NCBI GenBank assembly: GCA_051748045.1
Contig: JBNJGY010000027.1
Coordinates: forward strand, 1 to 26,547
Direction of reading: 5' to 3'
From: Thermotogota bacterium
GTDB taxonomy: Bacteria; Thermotogota; Thermotogae; Petrotogales; Petrotogaceae
DNA: 26,547 nt
The notes beneath the pieces are model-generated. The model saw nothing but the letters and a program-made list of their open reading frames with translations, was not told where the DNA came from and ran no database searches. Made by a program: the position numbers and the translations under genes. Positions within the stretch are counted from its first letter, which is position 1. Each line of letters opens with the position of its first letter. Below, piece after piece: positions 17,463 through 26,547 of the stretch.

Positions 17463-20429
17463 ATTATAAATTTTTATTTGATTCTTTCCATTTTTCTTTG
17501 CTTCATAAAGGGCTTTATCTGCTCGTTCTATTATTTGATCTTTTTTAGTGTTTGAATTAGGTTGAACAGCATATAACCCAATACTTACTGTTATTTCAAC
17601 TGATGCTTTTGAAAATTCTTCTCTAATTTTAAGGTTTTCAACAGATTTCTTTATTTTTTCTGCAATCATTAAAGCTTCCTCTTCGTTTGTATCGTATAGT
17701 AATATAACAAATTCATCCCCACCGTATCTAGAAACATAATCTGTACTTCTCTTTAATACGGAATTTATTACATCTGACAAGTCTTTTAAAATATAGTCAC
17801 CAGCTAAATGACCAAAGTTATCGTTAATATCTTTAAAATCGTCTAAGTCCATCATTATAAGTGATAAATATGCTTCTCCTCTTTTGGAAAGTTTCAAATA
17901 ATCTTCCATTAGAGAATCAAAATATCTTCTATTAAAAACACCTGTAAGTGCATCTTTCACAGAAAGCTCTTCTAATTGTTTATTGGCTTTTTCTAATTTA
18001 TCATTTATTTCTGCTAATTCGTTATTTTTTTCATTCAATATTCTAGCTTCCCAAATTTTAAATATAGAATATAATACTAATAAAAATGATAATATATATA
18101 ATAAATAAGCTGTGTATGTTCTATACCAAGGTCTTTCTATTTTAAATTTAAAACTAACAGTATCTGACATAACACCTCTAATTGTTTTTGCATATACCAT
18201 AAATTCATATTCTCCAAAAGGTAAATTGGAATATGTCACATAATCTCTTTCACCAGAGTTAATCCATTCATCATCAAACCCTTTTAAATAATGAATATAT
18301 TTTGTTTTTTCTGGTGAATCATAATCTAAAGCAGAGTATCTAAACGAAATTGTATTTTCATTAGGTTCAAAATTCATTGTCATATCATTAAAAAATGAAT
18401 GATCAATATCTATAGGCTTTTGAAAAAGTTCAACATCTGTTATATATATAGCTGGAGTAGGTAGGTTACGATCTTTAAATGTTCCCGGTATTTTTGACAC
18501 CCCATTTACACTACCAAAATAAAGATTTCCATCTTTATCCTTAAACATTCCTGAATTGAATTCCCAAGCACCTATACCATCATCAGGAGTTAATATTGTG
18601 ATTTCGTGACTATCTGGGTTTATTATCGAAATGCCATTATTAGTACTAACCCAAATGTCCCCCTCTTCACCTTCTAAAAAGCCGTTGATGAAATTGCTAG
18701 ATAAACCTTCTTCTTCTGTGATATTAGTGAATGTTTTATCTTCATTATATATTGATATTCCGCCACCATTAGTACCAACCCAAATCTTTCCATTTGAGTC
18801 TTCAAATAATGTTTGTACTGTATCTACACCTAATTGATCTCTAGCGCCTTCTACTTCTTTAAAGAAAATAAAATCATCTTGACCAGGATTTAGAAGATTT
18901 AATCCATTATTAGTTCCTATCCATACTCTATTTTTAGAATCATATAAAATATCATAAACCAAATTATCTGTTAGTTTACTTTTACCCTGCTCAATATGAT
19001 TGTATTGTATTAAATCATTACTCTCAGGTGTATATTTAAACGCTCCTTTTGAATATGTTCCAATCCAATAATCTCCATTTTCAGTTTCTTCTATAGCATA
19101 TACTATTGTTCCTTCTGAAAATATATTCATTCTTATAAATTTGTTATTATCATAATCGTATCTTAAAACCCCATCCCCACTTGCTAAAAGAACTTCTTCT
19201 TCAGAGGTTTCGAATATTTTCACCACAGAATCATTTTGAATATAATTTTCTGAATCTTTATCTGTTGTATATCTTATCATTTCTTTATTGGCAATATCGT
19301 ATCTATTAATCCCTGAATTATAGATAGAAATCCACAAATAGCCTCGATTATCTTTTAAAATAGAATTAACTTTTCCAGCTGGAAGTTTCTTTTCTTCTTT
19401 AAATCCATGAGAAAGCATTAAATAATTAGATTTTCGAGGGTTAAGTTTTGCTATACCTCCTCCATTTGTTCCTATCCAAAAAATTCCTGTTTTATCTTGG
19501 AAGAGGGAATATACTACGGGATGAGGAATGTTATCTGTTCCATCTTCTCCTGAAAAATTAAATTCTTTTCCTCTCTCGTTTACTGCAAAAAGACCGCCAC
19601 CCCATGTACCAGCCCATAAAGTTCCATCGGTTGTTTTATATATAGTATAAATTCTATTATCTTTAAATTTTTGTATGCTTGTTTTTTCAGTTTCCATATC
19701 ATATTTAAGAACTCCACCATCCCATAACCCAAGTGTAAGGACCCCTTTTTCTAGCTCTTTAACCACCATAACAAAAGAGGATGGTAAATCTATTTCAATT
19801 TTAGAAACACCACTTTTATTTTCATCAAAATAATATAACCCTTCATAAGTGCCAATTAATAGCCTTCCTTTAGAATCTATCTCTAAATCTCTGATAACAT
19901 TGCCAGGAACACTATAATTTACTATTTCATTAGTATCTAAATTTAATTTATTTAAGCCATTTAGAGTTCCTAACCATATTTCATTACCCTTTTTTTCTAT
20001 AGCTACAATAACAGAATTCGATAGGTTAGTTTTCTCTACAGTGTAATTAATAAAACTTTTTTCATGAATTAAAAATCTTGAAACACCTTGATATGTTCCA
20101 ATCCATAACTCATGATTTTCAGAATCATAATACATAGTTTGTATTAAATTATGAGCTAATCTGTCTTCATCAAAAGGATCTGTTCTGAAATTTTCCATTT
20201 CTTTTCCATCGTATTTTGTTAATCCACCTTGGGTACCAAACCATAAAAAACCATATTTATCTTGTATAATATTTGATACAGAAAGGTTAGCTAACCCTTC
20301 TTCTCTTCCTAATGTATCAAATAAAGGAAGTGTATTTTCTTTTAATAAAATATTATTCGCATTTATAAAAACCCCAATATTAATAAATAATAAAATAAAA
20401 ATTATTGTTTTTAGTGATTTTTTAGTCAT
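17454..20429 (-). CDS. Membrane-anchored sensor diguanylate cyclase: Reg_prop beta-propellers, Y_Y_Y domain, TM, coiled coil, GGDEF
   Basis: Many D-x-x-G-x-L-W-x-G-T-x-x-G repeats; YLKGFDDEW...YSNLPFGEYEF (Y_Y_Y); PWY plus TM; DALTGVFNRR; DLDDFKDINDNFGHLAGD; RSTD...RYGGDEF. Start moved to the ATG at 20429 (SD GGGGG at 20440-20436). Confidence 0.93.
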   Translation of the reverse strand: MTKKSLKTIIFILLFINIGVFINANNILLKENTLPLFDTLGREEGLANLSVSNIIQDKYGFLWFGTQGGLTKYDGKEMENFRTDPFDEDRLAHNLIQTMYYDSENHELWIGTYQGVSRFLIHEKSFINYTVEKTNLSNSVIVAIEKKGNEIWLGTLNGLNKLNLDTNEIVNYSVPGNVIRDLEIDSKGRLLIGTYEGLYYFDENKSGVSKIEIDLPSSFVMVVKELEKGVLTLGLWDGGVLKYDMETEKTSIQKFKDNRIYTIYKTTDGTLWAGTWGGGLFAVNERGKEFNFSGEDGTDNIPHPVVYSLFQDKTGIFWIGTNGGGIAKLNPRKSNYLMLSHGFKEEKKLPAGKVNSILKDNRGYLWISIYNSGINRYDIANKEMIRYTTDKDSENYIQNDSVVKIFETSEEEVLLASGDGVLRYDYDNNKFIRMNIFSEGTIVYAIEETENGDYWIGTYSKGAFKYTPESNDLIQYNHIEQGKSKLTDNLVYDILYDSKNRVWIGTNNGLNLLNPGQDDFIFFKEVEGARDQLGVDTVQTLFEDSNGKIWVGTNGGGISIYNEDKTFTNITEEEGLSSNFINGFLEGEEGDIWVSTNNGISIINPDSHEITILTPDDGIGAWEFNSGMFKDKDGNLYFGSVNGVSKIPGTFKDRNLPTPAIYITDVELFQKPIDIDHSFFNDMTMNFEPNENTISFRYSALDYDSPEKTKYIHYLKGFDDEWINSGERDYVTYSNLPFGEYEFMVYAKTIRGVMSDTVSFKFKIERPWYRTYTAYLLYILSFLLVLYSIFKIWEARILNEKNNELAEINDKLEKANKQLEELSVKDALTGVFNRRYFDSLMEDYLKLSKRGEAYLSLIMMDLDDFKDINDNFGHLAGDYILKDLSDVINSVLKRSTDYVSRYGGDEFVILLYDTNEEEALMIAEKIKKSVENLKIREEFSKASVEITVSIGLYAVQPNSNTKKDQIIERADKALYEAKKNGKNQIKIYNKK

Positions 20430-20464
20430 GAAATACCCCCAAATTTTAATATTGTTCAAATAAC

Positions 20465-20473
20465 ATTATAACA
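20465..20473 (-). promoter_or_regulatory. Extended -10 promoter of the diguanylate cyclase gene
   Basis: Minus strand TG-T-TATAAT about 36 nt upstream of the ATG. Confidence 0.5.
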
Positions 20474-20573
20474 CATTTGTAAAAATCTATACTTTGTTAA
20501 TAATATTTTTATTATTAATTTTTACCTAAATTTAAGTCATTATTCAAGTTTATATAGTAGTATATCATCAACA

Positions 20574-20592
20574 ACCCTACCCGGGGTAGGGT
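20574..20592. promoter_or_regulatory. Putative CsoR/RcnR-family operator
   Basis: Perfect dyad ACCCTACCC-G-GGGTAGGGT with a TACCC-N-GGGTA core and C/G tracts, immediately before the SD (AAGGAG) of the permease pair. Confidence 0.7.
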
Positions 20593-20611
20593 ATTAAGGA
20601 GTGATGTTTTT

Positions 20612-21094
20612 ATGATTGCATTATATATTGTTGCAGGTTTATCAGTAGTTTTGTCTTTTATTTTTGATAAGCAAAAGACATATAAAGGACTAAAAATGGG
20701 GATGAAAAAATTTTTTAAAATACTCCCGAATTATTTGATGATTTTAATTATCATTGCTTTTGTTTTATTAATATCAGAAGACTTAATAATTGATTATTTA
20801 ACTCAAAATACAATTTTTATAGGAATGATTTCAGCATTAATTATAGGTTCTGTGACTATGATGCCTGGTTTTATAGCTTATCCTCTTGCAGGAATTCTTG
20901 TTGAAAAAGGAGTGCCTTTTATGGTTGTATCAGCCTTTGTATCTTCTTTGATGCTTGTAGGAGTTGTCACATACCCAGTTGAAAAAGAATATATGGGCGT
21001 AAAAGCAACTGTTTATAGAAATATAGGAGCTTTTTTTATAGCAGGAATGATAGCAATTATAACAGGACTTTTCTATGGGGAGGTAAGCTTATGA
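20612..21094 (+). CDS. Putative permease half, DUF318/ArsP-like
   Basis: Hydrophobic; ALIIGSVTMMPGFIAYPLAGILVEKG; E-x-x-x-x-G-x-K-x-x-x-x-R C-terminal motif. Confidence 0.7.
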   Translation: MIALYIVAGLSVVLSFIFDKQKTYKGLKMGMKKFFKILPNYLMILIIIAFVLLISEDLIIDYLTQNTIFIGMISALIIGSVTMMPGFIAYPLAGILVEKGVPFMVVSAFVSSLMLVGVVTYPVEKEYMGVKATVYRNIGAFFIAGMIAIITGLFYGEVSL

Positions 21095-21615
21095 ATAAAA
21101 GAAAATTTATTAATTTAATTGTTGGAATAGGATTCGCTTTATTTATAATTATTTCTTTTATATTAGATTTTGATTTTGGTATAAAAGCTTGGGATAATTT
21201 CTTGCTTTTTGCAAAAGATATGCTTTTAATTCTTCCACCAGCGTTTGTTCTAATTGGACTGTTCAACGTATGGGCTAAACGAGAAACTATTGAAAAAGGG
21301 TTTGGACATAAATCTGGTTTCATGAAATATATCTGGTCATTTCTTTTAGCTTCGACTACAGTTGGAGGAACTTTTATGGCATTTCCAGTTGCAAATGCTC
21401 TTTATCATAAAGGGGCTGGTTATAGTTCAATCTTTTCTTATATTACAGCAGCTTCACTTTTTATGATTCCAATGAGTGTTATGGAAGCAACTATATTAGG
21501 GATTAAGTTTACTGCAATAAGGCTTTTATCTTCAATACCATTTATTATATTGACAGCGATTATATTAGAAAAAATATTTATAAAGAAAAATTATAAACTT
21601 CCTGAATCAAAATAA
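21091..21615 (+). CDS. Putative permease half, DUF318/ArsP-like (paralogue of the upstream gene)
   Basis: ILPPAFVLIGLFNVW; GGTFMAFPVANALYHKGA; EATILGIKFTAIR. ATGA overlap with the upstream gene. Confidence 0.75.
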   Translation: MNKRKFINLIVGIGFALFIIISFILDFDFGIKAWDNFLLFAKDMLLILPPAFVLIGLFNVWAKRETIEKGFGHKSGFMKYIWSFLLASTTVGGTFMAFPVANALYHKGAGYSSIFSYITAASLFMIPMSVMEATILGIKFTAIRLLSSIPFIILTAIILEKIFIKKNYKLPESK

Positions 21616-21638
21616 GCCCTTAATAAGGGCTTTTTTTT
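21614..21638 (+). terminator. Intrinsic terminator
   Basis: AAGCCCTT-AAT-AAGGGCTT running into a T8 tract. Confidence 0.88.
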
Positions 21639-21699
21639 ATGTTTTGTTAAAAATAAAAGAGTATAATATTTATAAAATGAATTTTTAAGGAGGAGTATT

Positions 21700-24159
21700 A
21701 TGAAAAAAAATAATTCAATATTTTTTATAATAAGCGTTTTAACAATTACTGTTTTCATGATTATAAGTTTATCTGATATACAAGTTTCCGAAGATATGAG
21801 TGCTTATATTGGTGACGAGGAGGAAATTATCCAACAATATAATAACGTTAATGAAAAATTTGGAATGGGTGAGAAGTTATTGATATCATTCACTTTTGAT
21901 AATTTATATGAGAATATTCATAATATAGAAAAAATTACTCAAAACCTCTCAAATAAAGATTATGTCAAAAAAGTCACTTCATTGACAAACACTTTATCTT
22001 TAAGACCAGGTTCTTTAGGAAGTGTAGGCACAATAAATGATTTTTTTGATATTAGTAAGAAAAGTAATTATTCAAAAGACGAAATAAAAGAATTTATAGA
22101 AAACAATAAGATGCTACAAGAAACATATGTTTCAGATGATTTTAATTCAGTCTTATTTGTTCTTGATTTAAAAGATAATTATGATCCTAACATAATAGGT
22201 GACTTATATGATTCATTAAACTCTGAATATGAAAATGAAGTTTATATTTCTGGTATGCCTTTTATAAACTACGAATTAGCACAAACAGCAATGAAAGATA
22301 TGATTATTCTTTTGCCTATAGCAGTATTAGTAATATTATTAATTCTTTTTATGTTTTTCAGGTCCAAATCAGGAATATTTCTCCCAATTTCAACAGTAAT
22401 CATTGGAGCTATATGGATAATGGGAGTAATGAATTTCACATATGATGCTTTTACATCTATAACTTTAATAATTCCAATTATTTTAATAGGTATCGGAGTA
22501 GATTATTCCATACATTTTTTATCTAGATATTATGAACTGAAATATGAAGAACAGAGCACTGAAAATTCAATAAAAAATACTATGAAAAATTTATTCAAAC
22601 CATTATTATTAACAACAATTACAACCGTAATAGGTATAGCCTCTTTAGTTTCTACTGGTATAAAACCAATTATACAAATGGGGATTATGGCGTCAGTAGG
22701 AGTAATCATAATCTTTATCCTATCTTTGACTTTTATGCCTGCTTTTTTGAGAATGAGTAAATCAAAGGCACGAAGTTTTCTTAAAGAGGATGGAGAAAAT
22801 AAATTCCTTAGAAAATTTACCGAAATAGTTTTAGATAAAAAATATATTTTTATAATAATTCTTTCAATAGCAGCTGTTTTATTTATTTATAACATACCAA
22901 AATTAAGAGCAAGCATGGATATGAGTATATATCTTCCGAAAACATCAAATTCAATAAAAGGCGGAGATTTTATTAATAAACATTTTGGTAGCTCGTCTTT
23001 TCTAACTGTTTATTTTGATGGTTCTGACCATAAAGATTTTTATTATGTTAGAACCATGAAAGATATACAAGCTTTCTTTGAAGAGCAAACAGAAACTTCT
23101 CATACAGCTGGTTATACAGATTTGATAACTCAGTATTTTGAAAGAATGAGAAATTCTGAATATATACCAGCAAATAATAGTTTATATAACGCAATATTTT
23201 TGTTTTTAAAACCAGAGTATTATCAAGACGTGCTTATACCAGATTCATCAGAAAGCCTACTTAATGTCTATTTAAAAGAGAATGATGTAGCAAAAATCGA
23301 AGAAATGAATCAAAAACTGCAAGCTCTTATTAATTCAAAAGTGACTTTAGAATATAGTATTGAAGACCTTTCTGAAAAAAACATGGAATATTATTCTAAT
23401 TATCTTATAAGCTTTTTGAATTTTAGAGAAATAAAATTTGAAAGTAAACTAATAGATGATATGAAAGGATTTGCATTAAAAGAAGAAAAAAATTTCGAAG
23501 ATATCAAAAATAATATATCTATCTATTTTGAAGATATTTCTGAAAATCATTTAAATGATTTTGTTTCTTTAGCTTTTGATCAATATGTAGCTGTACCTGG
23601 GAATGATAAAAACCTTGAAATCTTTACTACGGGAAGTCCTATTATCACAGGTGCTATTAATGATTTAATAGTGAATAGTCAGATTAGAAGTTTATCAATA
23701 GCTTTGTCCTTAATAACAATAACATTCATGATAATAATGAAATCATTTGTTTTTGGTATTTTAGCAATAATTCCTCTAGCGATGACTTTACTTTTCAATT
23801 TTGGATTTATTTATTTTGCTGGATTTGAGCTTAACGCAGCGTCAATAACAATAGGTTCAATAATGATTGGGTTAGCCATTGACTACATAATTCATTATTT
23901 ATCTAGATTTACAGAAGAATACAATCATAAAAATAGAAGAGAGGCCATAATTAAGGCCTCTGCTACTACTGGAAATGCAATATTATCTGCTGGTTTAACT
24001 ACCTTTGCAGGTTTTTTCCCTCTTTCATTTTCAAGAGTAGGGATAATTTCACAATTTGGTGCTATTTCTGCTTTTAATGTTGCTGCAGCTATAGTTTTAA
24101 CACTTATAATTTTTCCATTAATTCTAAATTGGGTTCCCGACAAATTTATCAATAAATGA
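21700..24159 (+). CDS. MMPL/RND-superfamily transporter
   Basis: Internal duplication (TM, soluble domain, 5 TM) x2 with GIGVDYSIHF and GLAIDYIIHY motifs; ISGMP and TTGSP; SD AAGGAGG. Confidence 0.9.
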   Translation: MKKNNSIFFIISVLTITVFMIISLSDIQVSEDMSAYIGDEEEIIQQYNNVNEKFGMGEKLLISFTFDNLYENIHNIEKITQNLSNKDYVKKVTSLTNTLSLRPGSLGSVGTINDFFDISKKSNYSKDEIKEFIENNKMLQETYVSDDFNSVLFVLDLKDNYDPNIIGDLYDSLNSEYENEVYISGMPFINYELAQTAMKDMIILLPIAVLVILLILFMFFRSKSGIFLPISTVIIGAIWIMGVMNFTYDAFTSITLIIPIILIGIGVDYSIHFLSRYYELKYEEQSTENSIKNTMKNLFKPLLLTTITTVIGIASLVSTGIKPIIQMGIMASVGVIIIFILSLTFMPAFLRMSKSKARSFLKEDGENKFLRKFTEIVLDKKYIFIIILSIAAVLFIYNIPKLRASMDMSIYLPKTSNSIKGGDFINKHFGSSSFLTVYFDGSDHKDFYYVRTMKDIQAFFEEQTETSHTAGYTDLITQYFERMRNSEYIPANNSLYNAIFLFLKPEYYQDVLIPDSSESLLNVYLKENDVAKIEEMNQKLQALINSKVTLEYSIEDLSEKNMEYYSNYLISFLNFREIKFESKLIDDMKGFALKEEKNFEDIKNNISIYFEDISENHLNDFVSLAFDQYVAVPGNDKNLEIFTTGSPIITGAINDLIVNSQIRSLSIALSLITITFMIIMKSFVFGILAIIPLAMTLLFNFGFIYFAGFELNAASITIGSIMIGLAIDYIIHYLSRFTEEYNHKNRREAIIKASATTGNAILSAGLTTFAGFFPLSFSRVGIISQFGAISAFNVAAAIVLTLIIFPLILNWVPDKFINK

Positions 24160-24161
24160 TA

Positions 24162-26156
24162 TTAAATTTTAAAAGATTTTGTTTTTTGAATTAATTCATC
24201 AGCCAAGGCATTTAGTTCTTGGCTATTTGCACTTAAGCTTTGAGAATTTTCACTTTGTTTCTTCATTGATGAAGAAATATCTTTTATTTTTTCGCTGATA
24301 TTAGTCATAGATCTTGTACTTGAATCAATAGCTCCAGATATTTCTTGTGCACTAGCGCTTTGTTCTTCACTAGTGGCAGTTAAATTTTCTATCTTATCAT
24401 TCATGCCATCAATTTTTCCTATTATACCTTCAAATTCTGTTTGAATTCCTGTTGCTCTTTCAGAGATGTCTTCAACTATTTTTACTGTTTTCTCTGTGGC
24501 TGAATTAGCATCTGTTACGCCATTTTTGATATCTTTTAAAATTCCGTCTATTTCTTCAGTAGTCTTTGTGCTTTCCTCTGCTAGTTTTCTGATTTCGTCT
24601 GCTACTACTGCAAAACCTTTACCAGCTTCCCCAGCTCTAGCTGCTTCTATTGCAGCATTCAAGGCGAGTAGGTTAGTTTGCTCTGCAATAGAGTTAATCT
24701 TTTGTACTATTTCTCCAATATTTTGAGATTTTTCTTCCACGACTTTTACTAATCTAGCAGTATCTTTTGTTTGCGTGTTAGCTTTATCTATTGAAGAAAC
24801 AATTTCCGTAATACTCTTCACACCATTATCTGATGCTTCTAAAACATTATGAGCGTCATCATTTAAGTTTTGAGCTAGTTTTGAAACATTTTGTGCAGAT
24901 GCTGCAACTTCTTCTACCCCTGAGTTAACTTCTTCAATGGCTGATGATGTACTTTGAACATCAGCATCAATTGAATCTGTATCAGAGCTTAACCTCTCAC
25001 TTATTTCCGCAAATTCTTGTGACATTTCAGCTAAACTGTTGGAAGATGATTCTATCTCGTCTGAAGAATCGACAACAAAATGAATAGTATTTCTAAGTTC
25101 TTTTGCCATGTTATTGAGCCCTTCATACATTTTACCAATTTCATTAATTGAATTTGTTTTAAATTCAACAGTTAAATCCCCATGTCCAAATTGTTCTACT
25201 TTTTCAGATATTTGTTTAATAGGATTAGATAATCTTAAGGCTATTATAAATGATATGATTAATCCAAGAATTATAATTATACCTGATATAATTAATGATA
25301 AGTTTCTTAACCTATGTAAAGGTTCTAATATAACGCTTTCAGGTGCTCCAGTTGCAACTGTCCACCCATTTATACCAACTTGATCAAAACCCATATATCT
25401 AACACTATCTATATAAAAATAACTTCCTGTTGAACTTTCACCTTTTGTCATTCTTGTTAAAACCTCAGCTAATTCTTCGTAAGTAGAATCAGTTTTTGCT
25501 TCTTCAATAAAATTAATTTGTTCTCTAACAAGGCTCATATCACTATGTGCGATAATATATCCTTGTGAATCTACTAAATAGGAATAACCTTTGCCATTCA
25601 TATCATTACTTGTAACTAACTCTATTAAATAATCAGCTGTTAACCTTCCAATCAAAACTTGTTCTACTCTATTGTTTATTTTGATAGGAGTAGCGACCAT
25701 AAAAACAACATCTCCTGTAGCCCTACTAATTATTAATTCGGATATATTAGTTTCTCCATTAAAAGCTTTTTGGACATAAGATCTATCTGATAAATCCAAA
25801 GTAGAGTTATCGACATAATGAGCAATGCCTTCTGAATCAACTACTGCTAAAGTTGAATAATCATAATTAGGTAAAACATCTCTTAGATCTGACAATTGAG
25901 CTTCTATATTGCCAGACTTAACTTCATCCCTATTTGCAATTGATTTCATACTGGAAAAATGAATATCTATTTCTTTTTCAACTAACTCTGAAGTTCCTTG
26001 GGCTGTAATGTAAAGAGTTTCTTCAATATTTTCTCTTAAAATATCAGCGCTGGAAAAATATAAAAAACCACTGATTAACAAACATGCTAAAACCAACATT
26101 CCCCCAATGGAAAAAACTAGTTGGTTTTTAATACTTTTCTTAAAAAAACTAAACAT
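24162..26156 (-). CDS. Methyl-accepting chemotaxis protein with dCache sensor and HAMP domain
   Basis: Two TMs flanking a Cache domain ([20 protein letters not shown]); HAMP (GDLT...NEIG); [38 protein letters not shown]. Start moved to the ATG at 26156 because the GTG at 26165 lies inside the SD GAGGTG. Confidence 0.95.
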   Translation of the reverse strand: MFSFFKKSIKNQLVFSIGGMLVLACLLISGFLYFSSADILRENIEETLYITAQGTSELVEKEIDIHFSSMKSIANRDEVKSGNIEAQLSDLRDVLPNYDYSTLAVVDSEGIAHYVDNSTLDLSDRSYVQKAFNGETNISELIISRATGDVVFMVATPIKINNRVEQVLIGRLTADYLIELVTSNDMNGKGYSYLVDSQGYIIAHSDMSLVREQINFIEEAKTDSTYEELAEVLTRMTKGESSTGSYFYIDSVRYMGFDQVGINGWTVATGAPESVILEPLHRLRNLSLIISGIIIILGLIISFIIALRLSNPIKQISEKVEQFGHGDLTVEFKTNSINEIGKMYEGLNNMAKELRNTIHFVVDSSDEIESSSNSLAEMSQEFAEISERLSSDTDSIDADVQSTSSAIEEVNSGVEEVAASAQNVSKLAQNLNDDAHNVLEASDNGVKSITEIVSSIDKANTQTKDTARLVKVVEEKSQNIGEIVQKINSIAEQTNLLALNAAIEAARAGEAGKGFAVVADEIRKLAEESTKTTEEIDGILKDIKNGVTDANSATEKTVKIVEDISERATGIQTEFEGIIGKIDGMNDKIENLTATSEEQSASAQEISGAIDSSTRSMTNISEKIKDISSSMKKQSENSQSLSANSQELNALADELIQKTKSFKI

Positions 26157-26315
26157 ACAAATCACCTCTTATAATGTGGGAAAAATAATATAATAAAAAA
26201 GTCGTCCTATTTTAATACTACCACAATATATATACAATAATAATACCCCATTAATGTATTATTATATTTTGTTTCTGAATATTAATAAAAACAGCTTTTT
26301 ATTCCGAGTATATTA

Positions 26316-26398
26316 ATCGGCTTTACTCTATAATTTACATATCTTTTACAATAAATAAGTTGTCTTCCTTATTGACATCGGGTTTACTCTACATTTTA
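26316..26398. repeat. 22-bp imperfect direct repeat pair in a divergent promoter region
   Basis: ATCGGCTTTACTCTATAATTTA (26316-26337) and ATCGGGTTTACTCTACATTTTA (26377-26398), 19/22 identical, 61 bp apart. Confidence 0.7.
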
Positions 26399-26402
26399 TA
26401 AT
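26372..26402 (+). promoter_or_regulatory. sigma70 promoter with long (19-bp) spacer for the gene at 26476
   Basis: TTGACA (26372-26377), 19-bp spacer, TATAAT (26397-26402). Confidence 0.55.
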
Positions 26403-26475
26403 TTAGATGAAAGTTGTCGGAAATAAAATATTTTTTGATTAATTATTTTAATCAGATTAAATAGGAGGGATTCAA

Positions 26476-26547
26476 ATGTTTAAAAAAATTAGAGGTATAG
26501 GAAACTACAGAAGAGAAAGAAAAGCTGAATCTTTCTATGAAGCATAC
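26476..26547 (+). CDS. 5' end of an unidentified protein (truncated by the window edge)
   Basis: SD AGGAGG, then ATG; frame open to the end (MFKKIRGIGNYRRERKAESFYEAY...). Confidence 0.7.
   Translation, partial: MFKKIRGIGNYRRERKAESFYEAY

Noticed and set aside
20430-20459. TTG start at 20459 for the diguanylate cyclase
   Set aside because: It lies at the predicted transcription start with no SD; the ATG at 20429 has an SD and gives a proper signal sequence.
1646-25383. Short antisense or alternate-frame ORFs in the ORF track (e.g. 1646-2062, 4153-4407, 9337-9600, 24466-24726)
   Set aside because: All overlap well-supported genes and lack SDs or motifs; they are typical shadow ORFs.
26166-26475. 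c-di-GMP riboswitch upstream of the chemoreceptor
   Set aside because: I could not find the class I (GNRA/receptor, GCAAA) or class II conserved cores on either strand.
17350-26547. Genomic island or prophage integrated at tRNA-Ala
   Set aside because: No integrase or mobility genes, and no duplicated tRNA 3' end seen in the window (ACTCCACCAT near 19711 is a short match inside a CDS). An island extending beyond the window cannot be excluded.

Overview
Very AT-rich bacterial chromosome segment. Gene content and composition suggest Thermotogota, probably Petrotogales (inference). Left to right: a consensus sigma70 promoter and boxA reading out of the window on the minus strand (probable rRNA operon leader); a minus-strand operon of HisKA_3 kinase, NarL-type regulator and DUF4097-like protein; an archaeal-type Opp/Dpp ABC transporter (5 genes); a minus-strand housekeeping operon (prmA, DUF501, uvrC, two hypotheticals, wecB, Fe-S flavoprotein); tRNA-Ala(GGC); a beta-propeller/Y_Y_Y sensor diguanylate cyclase; a split DUF318-like permease pair; an MMPL/RND transporter; a dCache chemoreceptor; and the start of another gene. 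The best unannotated signals are non-coding: (1) a probable ~88-nt C-rich small RNA at 227-314 (minus strand) under an ATGAC-N4-GTCAT palindrome, directly downstream of the two-component operon; (2) a modular palindromic repeat family (terminal hairpin, 4x7-nt heptads, conserved linker, REP-like core) at 10473-10777 and 16974-17305; (3) a perfect CsoR/RcnR-type operator before the permease pair. Family assignments come from motif recognition, not database searches.
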